A stretch of DNA of 64,000 nucleotides from Paragordius varius (taxonomy: Eukaryota > Animalia > Nematomorpha): NCBI GenBank assembly GCA_964247055.1, contig OZ176052.1, positions 7,130,001-7,194,000 of the forward strand, in the 5' to 3' direction. Positions 51,592 through 64,000 of the stretch are shown one piece after another (position 1 is the stretch's first letter; each line of letters opens with the position of its first letter). Under the pieces are notes generated by a model. That model worked only from the letters and a program-made list of their open reading frames with translations. It did no database searches and was not told the origin of the DNA. Position numbers and translations under genes: made by a program.

Positions 51592-51727
51592 CAGTAGGTT
51601 AGGGCATAAAACATCTATAAAAGAATAATGTTTTTTTAAACCCTAGTTGTATAATACACATATCCATAATATCCCCTTATTTTTTATTCTTTTATGGACT
51701 AATATTGTTTTATGCAATACGCTACTG
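51592..51727. mobile_element. MITE family A copy 3 (internally deleted)
   Basis: TA|CAGTAGGTTAGGGCATAAAACA...TATGGACTAATATTGTTTTATGCAATACGCTACTG|TA, matching 3644-3814. Confidence 0.8.
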
Positions 51728-53433
51728 TAATGTTTTTGCTAAAGGTTCGATAGATAAGTTTTATAAATAGTGATCATGAGCCGATCATGCCATATGCGAG
51801 AAAGGTTGGTAACGCAATCGCGATATTACTAAAAGGTGTAACTAATACAATTAATCAGATTAATAATTATCAGGAATTTTACAGAACATTAAACAATGTT
51901 TTAACAATTAAAAATACTTGACAACGTAATTTAATAAAGGCGAAAAATTATTAAAGGCTAATGAAGCTTACAATTTTAACATTGAACCAAGAAGTAAAAT
52001 TACAGGGGTAAACATTTTAAATTTTCACAAATCCAATAATACGTCACAATTTCATGTCTAATCTCATCATTTGTGCTTTTTATATTGATAGTGAACCAAA
52101 GTTTAAAAAATTTAAATTAAGGGGCATCTTGTTTATATAATTACAAAAGCCAAATACAGCAATTTCTCATAGCAACCTTATTTTTAAAACAGCTTTTTTT
52201 CAAAAATGACCAGTTTTTTGGCCCAAACAAAACACAGAGAGTCCAGAAGTAGTGTCGATTGGAGTCAACTTATCATTGAATTATGGAGCCCTATTAAATT
52301 ATGTATTCTGTCCCTCTTGAATATAAAATTGCTTAATAGCAATAGAATATTTGGTTTATTTTTTAAGCGTATAATACACAATAGCTCCTAGTATTGACAA
52401 TAATGTATTTAAAATTTTATAATGAAGAAATTTATTGTGCATGAGTAATATATACTGTTTGTAAAGATTGTCATACGTGAATATGTTTGTAATCCTAATC
52501 CATATCTTCATCTATATTTCTCATCAATTTCATATTTTCTTCCTTTGACAAAAATATATATAAATAAAATAGTCTAATGATTATAATAATTTATGATTTT
52601 ATATATATGTGAAAAATGCAGATATAGATTAGATATAAAAAAAGAGTTTAAAGTACGTCGTACCTTTATTTCCCCTTTTTCGCTTGCATACACTGCTTCA
52701 ATGAAATAAAAAATGCTATGCTTGTTTTGTGTGCACATTGTGGTTGTTGGATTTGTTGTACTTAAATGTATACAATATAAATTATAGTTTTATTATAAAT
52801 TCTATTAAATTCGTATTTTTAAGTTACAGTTAGACAATTTTATAATTAAAAAATAGAGTTTTTTTAACTATGGTACATTTCCTAATACTAATGTAATATA
52901 AAGGGTTTTTCGGACAAAAAACGTTACAAGTTGAATTGAAAAAGTTGAGTTCATATGTCCATGCTAAACTGTGGCTCAAATATAAAATCTATCAATATGG
53001 TTTTTTCTAAAAGGCAAAATCTTTTACATTTAATTATCAAATAAATTTGATGTACACGTTAATTTAAAAGGTATTGATTGATATGTGAATACAAAGTTCA
53101 TATAAAATTCTACTATTTTTTTCTTTAATGCTTCTGTTCCTATCGCTTATTTGTTTATGTTTTTGTATAAACACTTAATGAAATTACATGCTTTGATCTG
53201 TTATATTAATGATAAAAACAACAGTCTTTAACCTGGGAATGTGAGTTCACAATCATACAATATTAGTATTATGTTAATTAATAATGACACGCTTTATTTA
53301 TATTCATCATATACGAACTACAAAAGATAATTACACCAAACTTATGAACTCTATAAAATCATTTGTACTGTACTGTGATAAGCTAAAGAAATCTAACATT
53401 AGTTTTGTTGACATTTAAAACTTCTAAGAGAGA

Positions 53434-53487
<54 letters not shown>

Positions 53488-53751
53488 TTAAAAAAATGTG
53501 AATTTATAACAATTGATAAACAAATCACTTGTTACGATATGTGAATATTTTTTTATATGTATATTTTTATATTTAATTTAAAATAATTGAACTTACGCCT
53601 TAACCGTATACCTTAAAACCAAAAATATCAATACTTATTCCAAGAATCTCACAAATTTAAATTATACATATTATGGCCTTTTATTAACCCTACAAAGCTG
53701 AATCTCGGAATCTCTTATTTTAACAAATCCAATAAATTATCCCTTCTAAAA

Positions 53752-56700
53752 ATGGATAATGATTTAAATTATGGATCTTCATCCATACTTTTGCAATGTA
53801 TTCAAGGCAACGGAATACAAGATCATTTAAATTGGCCTCACTACAAACATAATGATTCACTAAATTTCAATAATCAAGATATTCACAAGAGAACTCAGCC
53901 GTTACGGTTACAACATTCACAGTTATTGAATGATCTACTTCAAAAAACCTTGGAAAATGTTTTATTCCATGGCTACAATAATAATGGTATGACATCTTGC
54001 CAAAATATATTTAATATAATACTTGTTTTGACCAGTTTTACATTAGAATAAATACAATATTAATATTTTCAAATATCGTTTATAATGGCCGAACGATTTA
54101 AGTTGTTAATTATTGTTACAGTGTGGAAGAAAACTGTCCTTGTTCTTATATTTTTTGATATAATATAAAAAATTATATCTTTCATTCATAGATGATGAGA
54201 ATGTTCCAATGTTTCATCTTGCCATTAGCAGTGGGAACAAACAGATTTTTGATTTCCTACTAAATTTCTCAACTCTAAATATCAATCAGATTGATCAGGT
54301 AAAGATTAAGTAAAAAACTCATTAAATTTATATAAGGGTCACCAATTATTACAGTAAAATTTATGAGTTTAAAAAGCCAGTCGGGTAAGATGAATGGTTG
54401 TCATAAAACTTAAAAAAATGCCAGGTATTATCAATTAAATATTCCAGACGGTCATATAATTATATGAACTTTGTTTCAAATTAACTTGATAACTACAAAC
54501 CAAATTTTATATGTGCGGATCATTAATAAAATAATGAGCAAATTTAATAGTTTTTAGATCTTTACCAGAAAAACCACTCCAATTTCTGTACTATTTAATA
54601 ATGATGTTTTGGAAATCCAATTTTAATATAATAATTGCATAAGATAAATAGAATAACCGGTAGGTGTATTTGGCTGTTTTTCTTTATTTTACTTTTCTTT
54701 TTTTTGCAGACGATTTCATTTTAATTTTAAAGGTTTGTTAGAATTAAATTATCAAACCTTGTTCTCCTGTATTTAATAAAATACTTAAATTTTTTTTGTG
54801 TTTTCTAACTACTAAAGTCCCAAAGAGCTTTCCAAAACCCGATATAAATAAACAGCTGACTTTAAAATAAATAAATATTAAAAATTTGCCTCTATACCAA
54901 AAAATGGACATGAAAAAGTTTGAGATGAGGATTTTTTTACAATTTACGTTTTAATCAAGAGCCTTAAAGGCTAAAGAATGCATATTTTTATTTTTGGCAA
55001 TCTGGGATACCAAACTACCCCAAAAGGCACTGAAGTGAAAATTAAAAGGATTAAATATTGTATTATTGAACGTATTAAAATTATATTTTAATTAAAAGCC
55101 AATTTAAGTACACCCAAAAATTCAAAATTTATCAATAAATCTAATAAAACTTGAACTAAGATATTTTTTTATCCATATTTTTTGATTTTTCTTTATTACA
55201 AATTTTAAAATTACTTTGTCAGCATAAAAAATATTCGCCTATATTAAACGATTAAGATGATTAAAAATCCCAGTATAAAAAAATTTGTTTTACCTTATTT
55301 AGCCATATATCTTTTTTTCGGTAATGCTTGGCAACTTTATACTTTTGGGTTATAACTGTGGTAATAATATGGTGTTGAATTTTTAACATAGACAAAGTTA
55401 AATGTTATAAACAAAACCATTACAATGGGGTTAACTTATGCTGATTTTTTTCAAATATTCCTTAAATTCCTTTTTATGTAATGAAAAACAATGCAAATAT
55501 TAAATATAAAAAAATATTTTACCGTTTTGTTTTTGGTTCTAAAATGATGGTTTTGTGGTTCCGGCAATCCCTAGCTACAAATTATTTGTTCTATATCAAG
55601 TTTTACATTTTATATATGCCTATTATTAGACTACTGGAAATTCCCCATTACACATTGCCTGTATGACAGCAGAACCCTATTATTGGGTTAAGAAATTGTT
55701 ACAAAAGGGAGCGAAAAACGACATTCTAAACAATCGGAAACAAACGCCATTACACGTGTTTTTATGCAGTAAAAATTTATTCAGTTCAATCAATATTTTA
55801 TAATTCAAACATTATGATTTTGATTAGAGGCGATTAACAGAAATTATTTTTTTTATTTTTTTAGTCGCTTTGGAAATAAACGCAGCTTAAGATAAATTTA
55901 TGTTTGCATAAACAGTAAAAACTTTGATCATTTAGGAATATATTGCATAATTTATATTTTGATTCTTTAATATATTTATATGAGAATGTGTTATTATTAG
56001 ATCCGCTTGTTACCTGCAATGGAAACACAATGAATACACTTTACACACTTTTGAAACTTCCAATGCCAACCAATGTATGCCGTAATAATGATTGCCAAAA
56101 TAATGATGTAAAACACGGTAAAGATTTATCCAATGCCCGATCGTGCGACAATCACGACCAACCCAATCATTCTCTCCCAATGCAATCAAATAAATTGTTA
56201 GTAAAGTTGTTACGACAAAAGGATACAAACGAGAGACTTACTCCACTATTATGCCTTAAATTTTTTTTGTACCGCAGAGCTTATGCCTCTGCACATGAAA
56301 TCGCAAAAGTCCTTTTGAATTTGGGAGCTTGTCCCAATGAAATGGACAAAGCGGGCAGAACACTTTTATCATATTCAGTGACTCATTTGGACAGTTCCAT
56401 AGATTTATCTCGGCTTCTAGTCAATTTTGGAGCACAAATCTATGTGACAAAATGCATTCTTGTACCAAAAAATAATTCCCCAAATTATATAGATAATAAT
56501 GGGCAGAAAAATAAAAAAATAACAAATATTTATACCAAAAGTATTTTTCGCAAATATCCGACTCTTGGAATGAGAAATCTACATTCAAAACGAAAAACCT
56601 TGTTAGCATCCAATATAAAAACTCGACGAGGTCACCATTTAATTGGTTTGAATTGCAAACTTTTATTAAGTAATGCCTACCCTTTATACATCAATCAACT

Positions 56701-57835
56701 TGATCAAAATGGATTTAGGCGTCCAATTATTTTAGATAAATTTCCATTTTGGAAATCGCCAATACCGTTATCCAACCAAAAATCAAAGATTAAACGCAGA
56801 GAAATGGTGCAATATAAAAAGCTTTATAATACAATAAAAGATTTGCCAATAAAGCGTTATTCAAACAATCATAAAATTTTGATTTTTCAGGAAATATGTG
56901 AGAGCTGTAAAACTTTTCATAAAATTTTGGAAACGAACATAGTGTCCGATTCATTGAATGAATTGGAAAACTCAGATACTCACATTGATGCTCAAAATAT
57001 GCACTTTGACACATTCCCCACATCCATGTTAAATCATTATTATAATCGGATTCAAGATCTAGGAGGATCTGATCAAAATGGCTACTTTAGTCATCATTTA
57101 CAGAAACGAAATTTTGATCATAAAAACATTAATAGTACTCATTTAAATGGGTCTATTGGTCTTCCATGCAATCCAGATCATTTCAACAATGAATCTCATG
57201 CATTTATAAGGTATAGCATACCATCATATGCATTTTCTCAGTCAAATTGTGCGGGGAGAATCTCATTTAACACCAATATGAAGAATTTCGATATGACAAG
57301 ACATTATGATAGTATACGGATAGACGAGGAACAGGATTGCTTTAATTGGTTCCTTAAAGTTGTGGTGTCTAAACGGCGATATACATTTGGTGAAAATGAT
57401 GATGACTTAAATGTTCCAACTGTATGTGCTATTAGTTATCACAAAACACTCCAACTTTTGGCACGTGCCATGGGACGAAGTCCAGGAAGAATGCGTGCTT
57501 CGGTTATACGGTCTATGTTCTTACAACTTCGGTGCTATAAAGTTTTAGCCCCTTTGTTTTTGGCTATAAAAAATAGCATATGCGCATATTGGTCACAGCC
57601 CAAATCTCTCAAATATATGGCAGCTTGTGTGATCATGGATTCGTGTACTAACAAAAAACAAACGAATACAAACGTTGAAGGAAGTTATGACAGCCATTAT
57701 AAAATTGTTCCTAGTTTACACCCTTTTCCACTTTACATGGATTCTTTGATGCCACAAAAACTATCCAATAATAGCCTTTCATGCATTTTACCACCAACAT
57801 TAATTCGTTATTTAAAGCATGAAGATATTGAATGA
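53752..57835 (+). CDS. Ankyrin-repeat protein with C-terminal SOCS/BC-box-like motif (ASB-like), 4 exons, ~771 aa
   Basis: join(53752-53986, 54192-54298, 55630-55768, 56001-57835) = 2316 nt with consistent phases. Ankyrin repeats: VPMFHLAISSGNKQIFDFLL, TGNSPLHIACM..WVKKLLQKGA..NNRKQTPLHV, LLNLGACPNEMDKAGRTLLSY..LSRLLVNFGA. The C-terminal QPKSLKYMAACVI resembles a BC-box, followed by ILPPTLIRYL (cullin-box-like LPxxL). Confidence 0.8.
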
Positions 57836-58399
57836 TAACAATACATTTTAAAAGAGGTTTTAAGAAAATATGATCACGTATTTATCAGTATTATAATGAA
57901 CCAAAAATGTATTAAAATGCATTTATCAAGTATTGTCTAAAAATGCTTCCTATTTTGATTATCTATCAATATTTATATCAACCAAAACTGCATTTTGTAT
58001 ACATGTTAATTTATTTTAATAAATGCATATATAATTTTTTTTAAAAATTTGTTTTTAGAATAAAAAATGACATATCCTTAAATTTTTTTCCTAAATAGGT
58101 TTTAGGAATTATAATAATATTTTTTAAATAAGCTCAAATTCTTTCATATAAAAGATAATTATCTACGCAGATTTAATTATAAGGTTTTTTTAATATTTTA
58201 CCCTCTAAAATAGTTAGTTTTAATAATTGGTATCTCATTTATACAAGTTTAACTTGATTGCTACTTATCGGACTTGAGTTAAAAATATTTGGTCTCTTGC
58301 TTTTTTCAATGTGTAAGTGGATGAAGTGTGAACTTGGGAATAGGATGTCATCGGACAATTTAGCATGCGTAAAAATAAAAAAAATTTGGTAATTGCCCA

Positions 58400-60262
58400 T
58401 AAAGGTTTTCTAAGCAAGTGAGAAGGCCCCAAATTGACGGCTAACGGGAAAAACCACTATACTATAATTTTTACCTTTTTTATGGGTATTTAAAGCCTTA
58501 ATTGAACTCGTGTTTTTTGAAAATTAGCTCCAAAACCACGCAATTTTTGTATGGCGTCTCAGTTTTAAACCGGTAGACCCCTACCCATAAATCTATATGG
58601 AAAAAGCGCAAAGTTAATTTCTTTGCCTTTATAGGGTAAATATTTGGAATAATCTTTCATACCATCGTCTGATGGGTTATTCGAAAAAATACCTCAACAC
58701 TAAATAATCGTTATATGATGCGTATTTTTAGGACATAAAGGCCCCAAATTAAAGGCTAATAAAAAAATGCCTAACCTTAATTTTTACCTAGTTACGGGTA
58801 ATATTTTAAGCTTTTAATGAGCTTATATAGCTTCATACATTTTCTGTAAATTAGCTCCAAAACAACGCAATTTCTGATAGTGGCGCAATTTTTGGGAGGG
58901 TCACCCCTTACCCGGGAAGCAGGTATCAAAAACGTTGGGCAAAATTTTGCCATTATATGAGCAATATCTGGAATGATTATGGATTCCATATGTTCTTTAA
59001 GTTCTTGGAAATATGGCTTCAAAACTAAAATATTGTTCTATGGCGACGCATTTTTCAGGGCGTAAAACTTTACTTAGCGACTCAATGAAATAACCCCCTA
59101 TACTAAAATATTTGTTTTTAAGAAGTAATAAATATTTTAGGCGCTTATTAAACTCACATAGCCTCATAGGTTTTCTGAAATTTGGCTCCAAAGGCATGCT
59201 GTATCGATATGGTGACGCAGTTTTGCGCGGGTAGCCCCCTAACCAGGGGCGAAACAAAAAAACGCTCGATTGAAATTTTTGCCTTAATTCGGTTAATACG
59301 GGAATCATGATTGATTTCATGTGCTCTTGGGATTTTTGAAAGATTGTCTTAAAACCAAAAATTCATTCTATGGTGGCGCATTTTTCAGGGCAAGGGCCTA
59401 ATTATGGGGTAATTTAAAAAAACCACTCTACTTAAATTTTTGCCTTTTTACGGGTAATATTTCACCCTTATTGAAATCATATGGCCTGAAAAATTTAAAA
59501 TTTTCCTCAAAAGTCTCGCTTTATCAATATGGTGGCGGAGTTGTAGGCGGGTCGCCCCCTACCCAGAGGCTAATATAAAAAAGATGTTTGATAAAATTTG
59601 CCTTTATAGGGGTACTTGGAATCATTATTCATTCCATATGTTCGTAATAGTTTTTGGAAGAATGGCAAACTAAATAATAGTTCAATGATAGTGCATTATT
59701 TAGAGCGTAAGAGGCCTAACTTACGGCTAATTTTAAAAACTGCTTGACTCAAATTTTTGCCTTTTTACGTGTAATATTTCTCCCTTATTAAAATGGACTG
59801 ATAAGTTTTCTGAAAATTAACTCCTAAATAACGCAATTTTGATAAAGTGGAGCAGTTTTAGGGGGGTAGCTAGGCTGATACAAAAAATGCTTGATTAAAT
59901 TTTTGCCTTTTTAGGGGGAATACCTGTAATCATGATTGACTCCATATGTCCTCATTAGTTTTTGGAAAAATTGCTTCAAAACTTAAAAACCATTTTATGG
60001 CGGCGCATTTTTCAGGGCGTGAAGGGCCTAATTAACGGCTAATTTTAGACCGCGCGACCTAAATTTTTTCCTTGTTACGAGTAATATTTTAACAGCTATT
60101 GAAATATGGCCTGATAAATTTTCTGAAATTTAGCCTCAAAGGCAAGCTATTTCGATATGATGGGGCAGTTTTTAGCGTCTATCTACTTACGCAGCAGCCA
60201 ATATAAAAGAAACGCACGACTAAAATTTTTGCCTTTTAACAGGGAATACCTGGAATCCTCAT
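58400..60262. repeat. Diverged tandem array: ~160-bp monomer organised as a ~315-330-bp dimer, about 6 dimers
   Basis: The TTTTGCCTT anchor recurs at ~59278, 59440, 59597, 59757, 59902, 60066 and 60228. The GGCC(C/T)AA(A/T)T...GGCTAA anchor recurs every ~315 bp (~58425, 58740, 59395, 59712, 60024). Confidence 0.85.
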
Positions 60263-60264
60263 TA

Positions 60265-60650
60265 AATTTTGACGGTTTCATACATTGGGCGAAAAATAGA
60301 TTCAAAAAATTATTTTGTGGACTCGGGTAGAGTGGGTACAAAGAAACCCTAAATTAAAAAAGCGAGCCGTCGTTCGGCGCAAATGAAAATAAGTAAAAAA
60401 AAATCGTATTTGAAATCCAAGGATCCAACACGTTTTCCGGAAAATTGTCTCAAAGACACGATTTTTTTGGACTTCTGTAAGCCCGTTTTTTTACACGGGG
60501 TGGGCCCGAACTGGGTGCCTAATTCAAAAAAAGGGCGATGCTATTGTCGGGGCATTCATTAATGATTATATTTTTTTGACATTTAGATTTGAAGGTGTCT
60601 ACCGGTTTTCCGGAAACAGATCACAAAGCCAGCATTTTCCATTTTTATAA
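60265..60650 (-). mobile_element. Non-autonomous Helitron copy 3, truncated at both ends
   Basis: Reverse complement of the 5' two thirds of the copies at 27363 and 45601 (TTATAAAAATGGAAAATGCTGGCTTTGTGATCTGTTTCCGGAAAACCGG...). The 5' TC end is replaced by an F2 MITE; homology stops at the tandem array. Confidence 0.8.
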
Positions 60651-60655
60651 TTATA

Positions 60656-63600
60656 CCATTTGCACTTCAAGAGTGTCCTAGAACACTTCAAGTTGGTCCT
60701 TGAATTTTTTAAATTGGTCCTTTAACACTTCAAGTTGGTCTTTGATAAGGTGACCAGATTTTTTGAAGGGGGTCATTGGGGAGTATCAAAAATTTTTATA
60801 CAAAAATTTATTGTAATATTTATTTATTTTTAACACAAATACATTATAAATATAAAATTTCTAGAAAAAAATAATAAAGACGAAATCATCACAAAGTGCG
60901 CTGGGTGATGCAAGAAGCGGCACAAAAAATATTTTTAACAATTTAGCGAATAATCTTAATCAAAACATTACTGGCAGATACATAACGCTATTCAAACAGC
61001 TACTGATTTGTTACCCCTGGATGTGGAAAATATAGATGTTAAAATGCTTGGATATTGTAGAACTGTTGGTTAGCTCTTTTGCCAGCGATTGAAATATTTA
61101 TAAAAATGTGATCTCCTAGAATCCTATTTTTTATCACATAATGTCAAAATTCCAAGTCAAAAAAGGTTAGAAAATAATTTTATACGCAATATTATAAAGC
61201 ATCCAGAAAAGCAAGGCTCAATGAATAGCCAGAATATAAAAATGTTTTATACTAACAGACACGATTAGACAAGAGGGTGCACAATGACACTTTTTTAGTC
61301 TCATTATTAAATAAATATATTGAATGAAAACTTATATTATGGACTCTAGAAAAAAAATACGTAGGATAGAAATAGTTAAAATAATCATTTTTAATCTAAT
61401 TATGTTCCATACAATAATATTTTAATTGTAGAATTTGCATTATTTTTACCTAAACCACTGCTATTGAACGCGTTTTTCTACAGTAAATTGAGTAAGGACA
61501 CGGAATCATATTTAAAAGCCATTTTATGTGTTGAAATATAATTTGACAAATTATGAAGACTTATACAATATCTGCTAAAATTCATTCCCTCAAAATATTG
61601 TAGAAGTCTTCACAAGAATTTGTCAAATTATATTTGACAGATAAAACGGCCTTTAAAGTTTTAACATTTAAATTTGATTTTTCCGATGTCCACACCTGAT
61701 TTACTGTGGATGCGCTCAGTAGCAGCGTTGGTTCCAGGTAAAGATAGTGCGAATTCCACAATTTTTACAATATTATTGTATGTAATATAGTTGGCTTCAA
61801 AATGATGAAATATTGCCAACCATTTCTTTTCTACTGTATATTTTTCTTTTGTCCATTATTTAAGTTTTTCATTATTAATATATCTTTTAACTAATGATAC
61901 TTCAGAAAAAAGATCATTTTTTGAAAGATTACTTTTTGAGAATTTTTGGGAGCAGATATAATCAAATGATTTTTGAACATCGCACCAATTAAATTCTGAT
62001 TTTAATGTTATCCAATGAAAATGATCTCAATTTCATTGAATTGCGTCGTCCAGTCTTCCAAATAATCTTTGCAGTTTGTATAAAACATTTTTATATGGTA
62101 CAGGATATCTTGGCGATTCATTAAGCCTTGTTTAGATTATTTATTATATTGCGGATGGTTAATGGTATAAAATTATTTTCTAACCGTTCTTGACAGTGGA
62201 ATTTTAGGTTATTAACTTCATTGGCTACTTCAATTGACGAAATTTTGTCACCTTCTATAAACTTATTAACAATTTGAAAGAGAGAAGCTTGATTATGTAA
62301 GAATTCTAACCATATTTTTGAAGAATCACTTTCAAAAAACTTTTTTAAAGCTGTAGGACATTTGTCCTGTGATAAAAAAAGATTTTAAATACATTTTCGA
62401 TAGCTGGCATAAAAGCTAACCAACGAGTTTCACAATATCCAAGCATTTTTTGATATTGAACTTCTGCATTTTCACAGAATTCTTTAAGCGTTTCAACACG
62501 TACCGTGTATATATAAAAATAAGAATATATTTTGACAACTACATTTTCCACATCTAGGGGTAAAAAATCAGCAGCTGTTTGAATAGCGTTGTGTATTATA
62601 TGCGCTGCACACCCTACGCCAATAAGGTTTTGATAAAATCTGCTAATTTATGAAAAGTATTTTTTGCTCCCCTCCTTGCTTTTCCACCGAAGTTCGTATT
62701 GGTGTTGTCAGCGCAATATGCGATGATTTTGTCTTTTAAATTTATTTTTAGAATATGCATTATTGAAGTAAATATTATTTCGGAATTTTCACCGGGTAGA
62801 GAATTAAATCTAAAATTTTAATTTTTACTCCGGTTTCTGGAATCAAAATTTTATTAAAGTGGGAAATAATTTTGTTTCATGGTGATTTGATGCATCAGAG
62901 TATAGGGATAAGAAATTAATTTTCAGCACTTTTTGTATTTCAGAAAATGCATGTGGCGAAAGGACATTGCACACAATGGCTTCAGCCTTTGTACGGGCAC
63001 ATAAAATTTTTTTATGGGTCGAATAACCTGTGAGGTACAGTCCATAGATCTACAGGAATGATTGTGATTAACGGCGTGAAAAGATAACACGCCCTCAGCT
63101 AGTGCCAAATTCTTTTCTTCCTCTCCAAAAGCGATTTTTCGAAAAAAATCGCTCATTTTGTAAGATGATGCCGCCATATCTAAACATTTTTTATGTTTCT
63201 GTGTTTCCATTGTTCTAGGGTGAATTCCCCCTCGCATAAAAAACATTTATAATTGATTCATTCTTCGTTTTGATAAGGAAATTTTTCATTAATTAATCGT
63301 TGAATTTACAACCTCTTTTTGTGCTCATATTTATAAACTACTATGAGTATAATAAATATTATATTACCTTAATTTTCTGGAATAAACGTGCAAGGTACCG
63401 ATTTGTGTTATCAATTTGTCTTTTAAGCTACCGATTTGTGGTATTAACTTGGTTTTTTTATAATGATGACAGTAGTAGTAGGAAGCAAAGTGTATAATCA
63501 TATCATATAAATCCGAAAAAAATAAATATTTTTAATTTAAAAATAAAAAATTTTAATTTAAAATTTATATAGATTTTAAAGATATTTAATGATAAAAAAT

Positions 63601-64000
63601 TTAAACGGATAAAAAAATTTATTTGTATTAAAAAAATTTTTTTTTATATAATCGTGAAAAAGCGGGACATTTTAAAAACGTAGCGGGACGCGGGACAAAG
63701 TGTGAAAAAGCGGGACTGTCCCGCCAAAAGCGGGACGTCTGGTCACCTTAGTCTTTGAACACTTCAAGTTGGTCTTTGAACACCATAAGATGGTCCTTGA
63801 ACACTTCATGTTGGTTTTTATTTTAAATTTTGATTTAACCATAATTTTTGCATGTATATACTGTCGGAAAATAATATCTAAACAATTTTTTTAGATAAAT
63901 ATGTTTTTGATTTAAAAATATTTTTTAAAAAACGATATTCTAATACAATGGCTTCGCCGGCCGCATTTTTAAGTCAAAAAGCACGGCGTTCCGCCTTCGA
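60656..64000. mobile_element. Foldback MITE family F2 copy 2, interrupted by hAT copy 2; far end not found in the window
   Basis: TA|CCATTTGCACTTCAAGAGTGTCCTAGAACACTTCAAGTTGGTCC at 60654. The 21-bp repeat series resumes at 63759 after the hAT, followed by TTTTGATTTAACCATAATTTT, whose reverse complement occurs at ~30460-30480. Confidence 0.75.
60746..63750 (-). mobile_element. hAT DNA transposon copy 2 (same family as 43628-46562), degenerate, with an internal inverted duplicate of the transposase region
   Basis: TIR TAAGGTGACCAGA; perfect TSD GTCTTTGA (60738-60745 / 63751-63758); broken transposase from ATG 63328 down to ~61600 (ORFs 62923-63246, 62345-62551). Confidence 0.92.

Noticed and set aside
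58792-59320. ORFs 58792-59022 and 58997-59320
   Set aside because: Chance open frames in the tandem array; equivalent repeat units contain stops.
1-64000. Alternative genetic code or stop-codon readthrough to explain fragmented ORFs
   Set aside because: Standard-code splicing explains the fragmentation; 35 GCN1 exons, the PLPP gene and the ankyrin gene are stop-free once introns are removed.

Overview
Very AT-rich animal genomic DNA, probably from a fast-evolving protostome (inferred from a GluCl-type channel C-terminus; the taxon cannot be fixed from sequence alone). It is intron-rich, with no prokaryotic features. Genes, left to right: (1) last exon of a Cys-loop chloride channel, GluCl-like (+, 144-397); (2) an unrecognised multi-exon gene encoding a beta-rich, probably secreted protein (+, ~1.2-7.3 kb); (3) a ~31 kb GCN1 gene (-, 7402 to ~38626), whose last 35 exons I could chain with consistent splice phase and which is greatly lengthened by acidic loop insertions; (4) a PAP2-family lipid phosphate phosphatase head-to-head with GCN1 (+, 39260-42152, 7 exons, 298 aa); (5) an ankyrin-repeat/SOCS-box-like gene (+, 53752-57835). 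The rest is a transposon landscape: two ~3 kb degenerate hAT elements (Blackjack-like ends, perfect 8-bp TSDs), non-autonomous hATs and MITEs, three copies of a non-autonomous Helitron, TA-flanked foldback MITEs with 21-bp subterminal repeats, a Ty3/Gypsy integrase relic and a ~160/320-bp dimeric tandem array. The most striking signal is five frame-required GT-AG introns of only 22-26 nt in three different genes, coexisting with ordinary introns from 64 nt to over 1 kb. The second is a hAT copy carrying an inverted duplicate of its own transposase region. All gene models were read by hand and lack transcript support.
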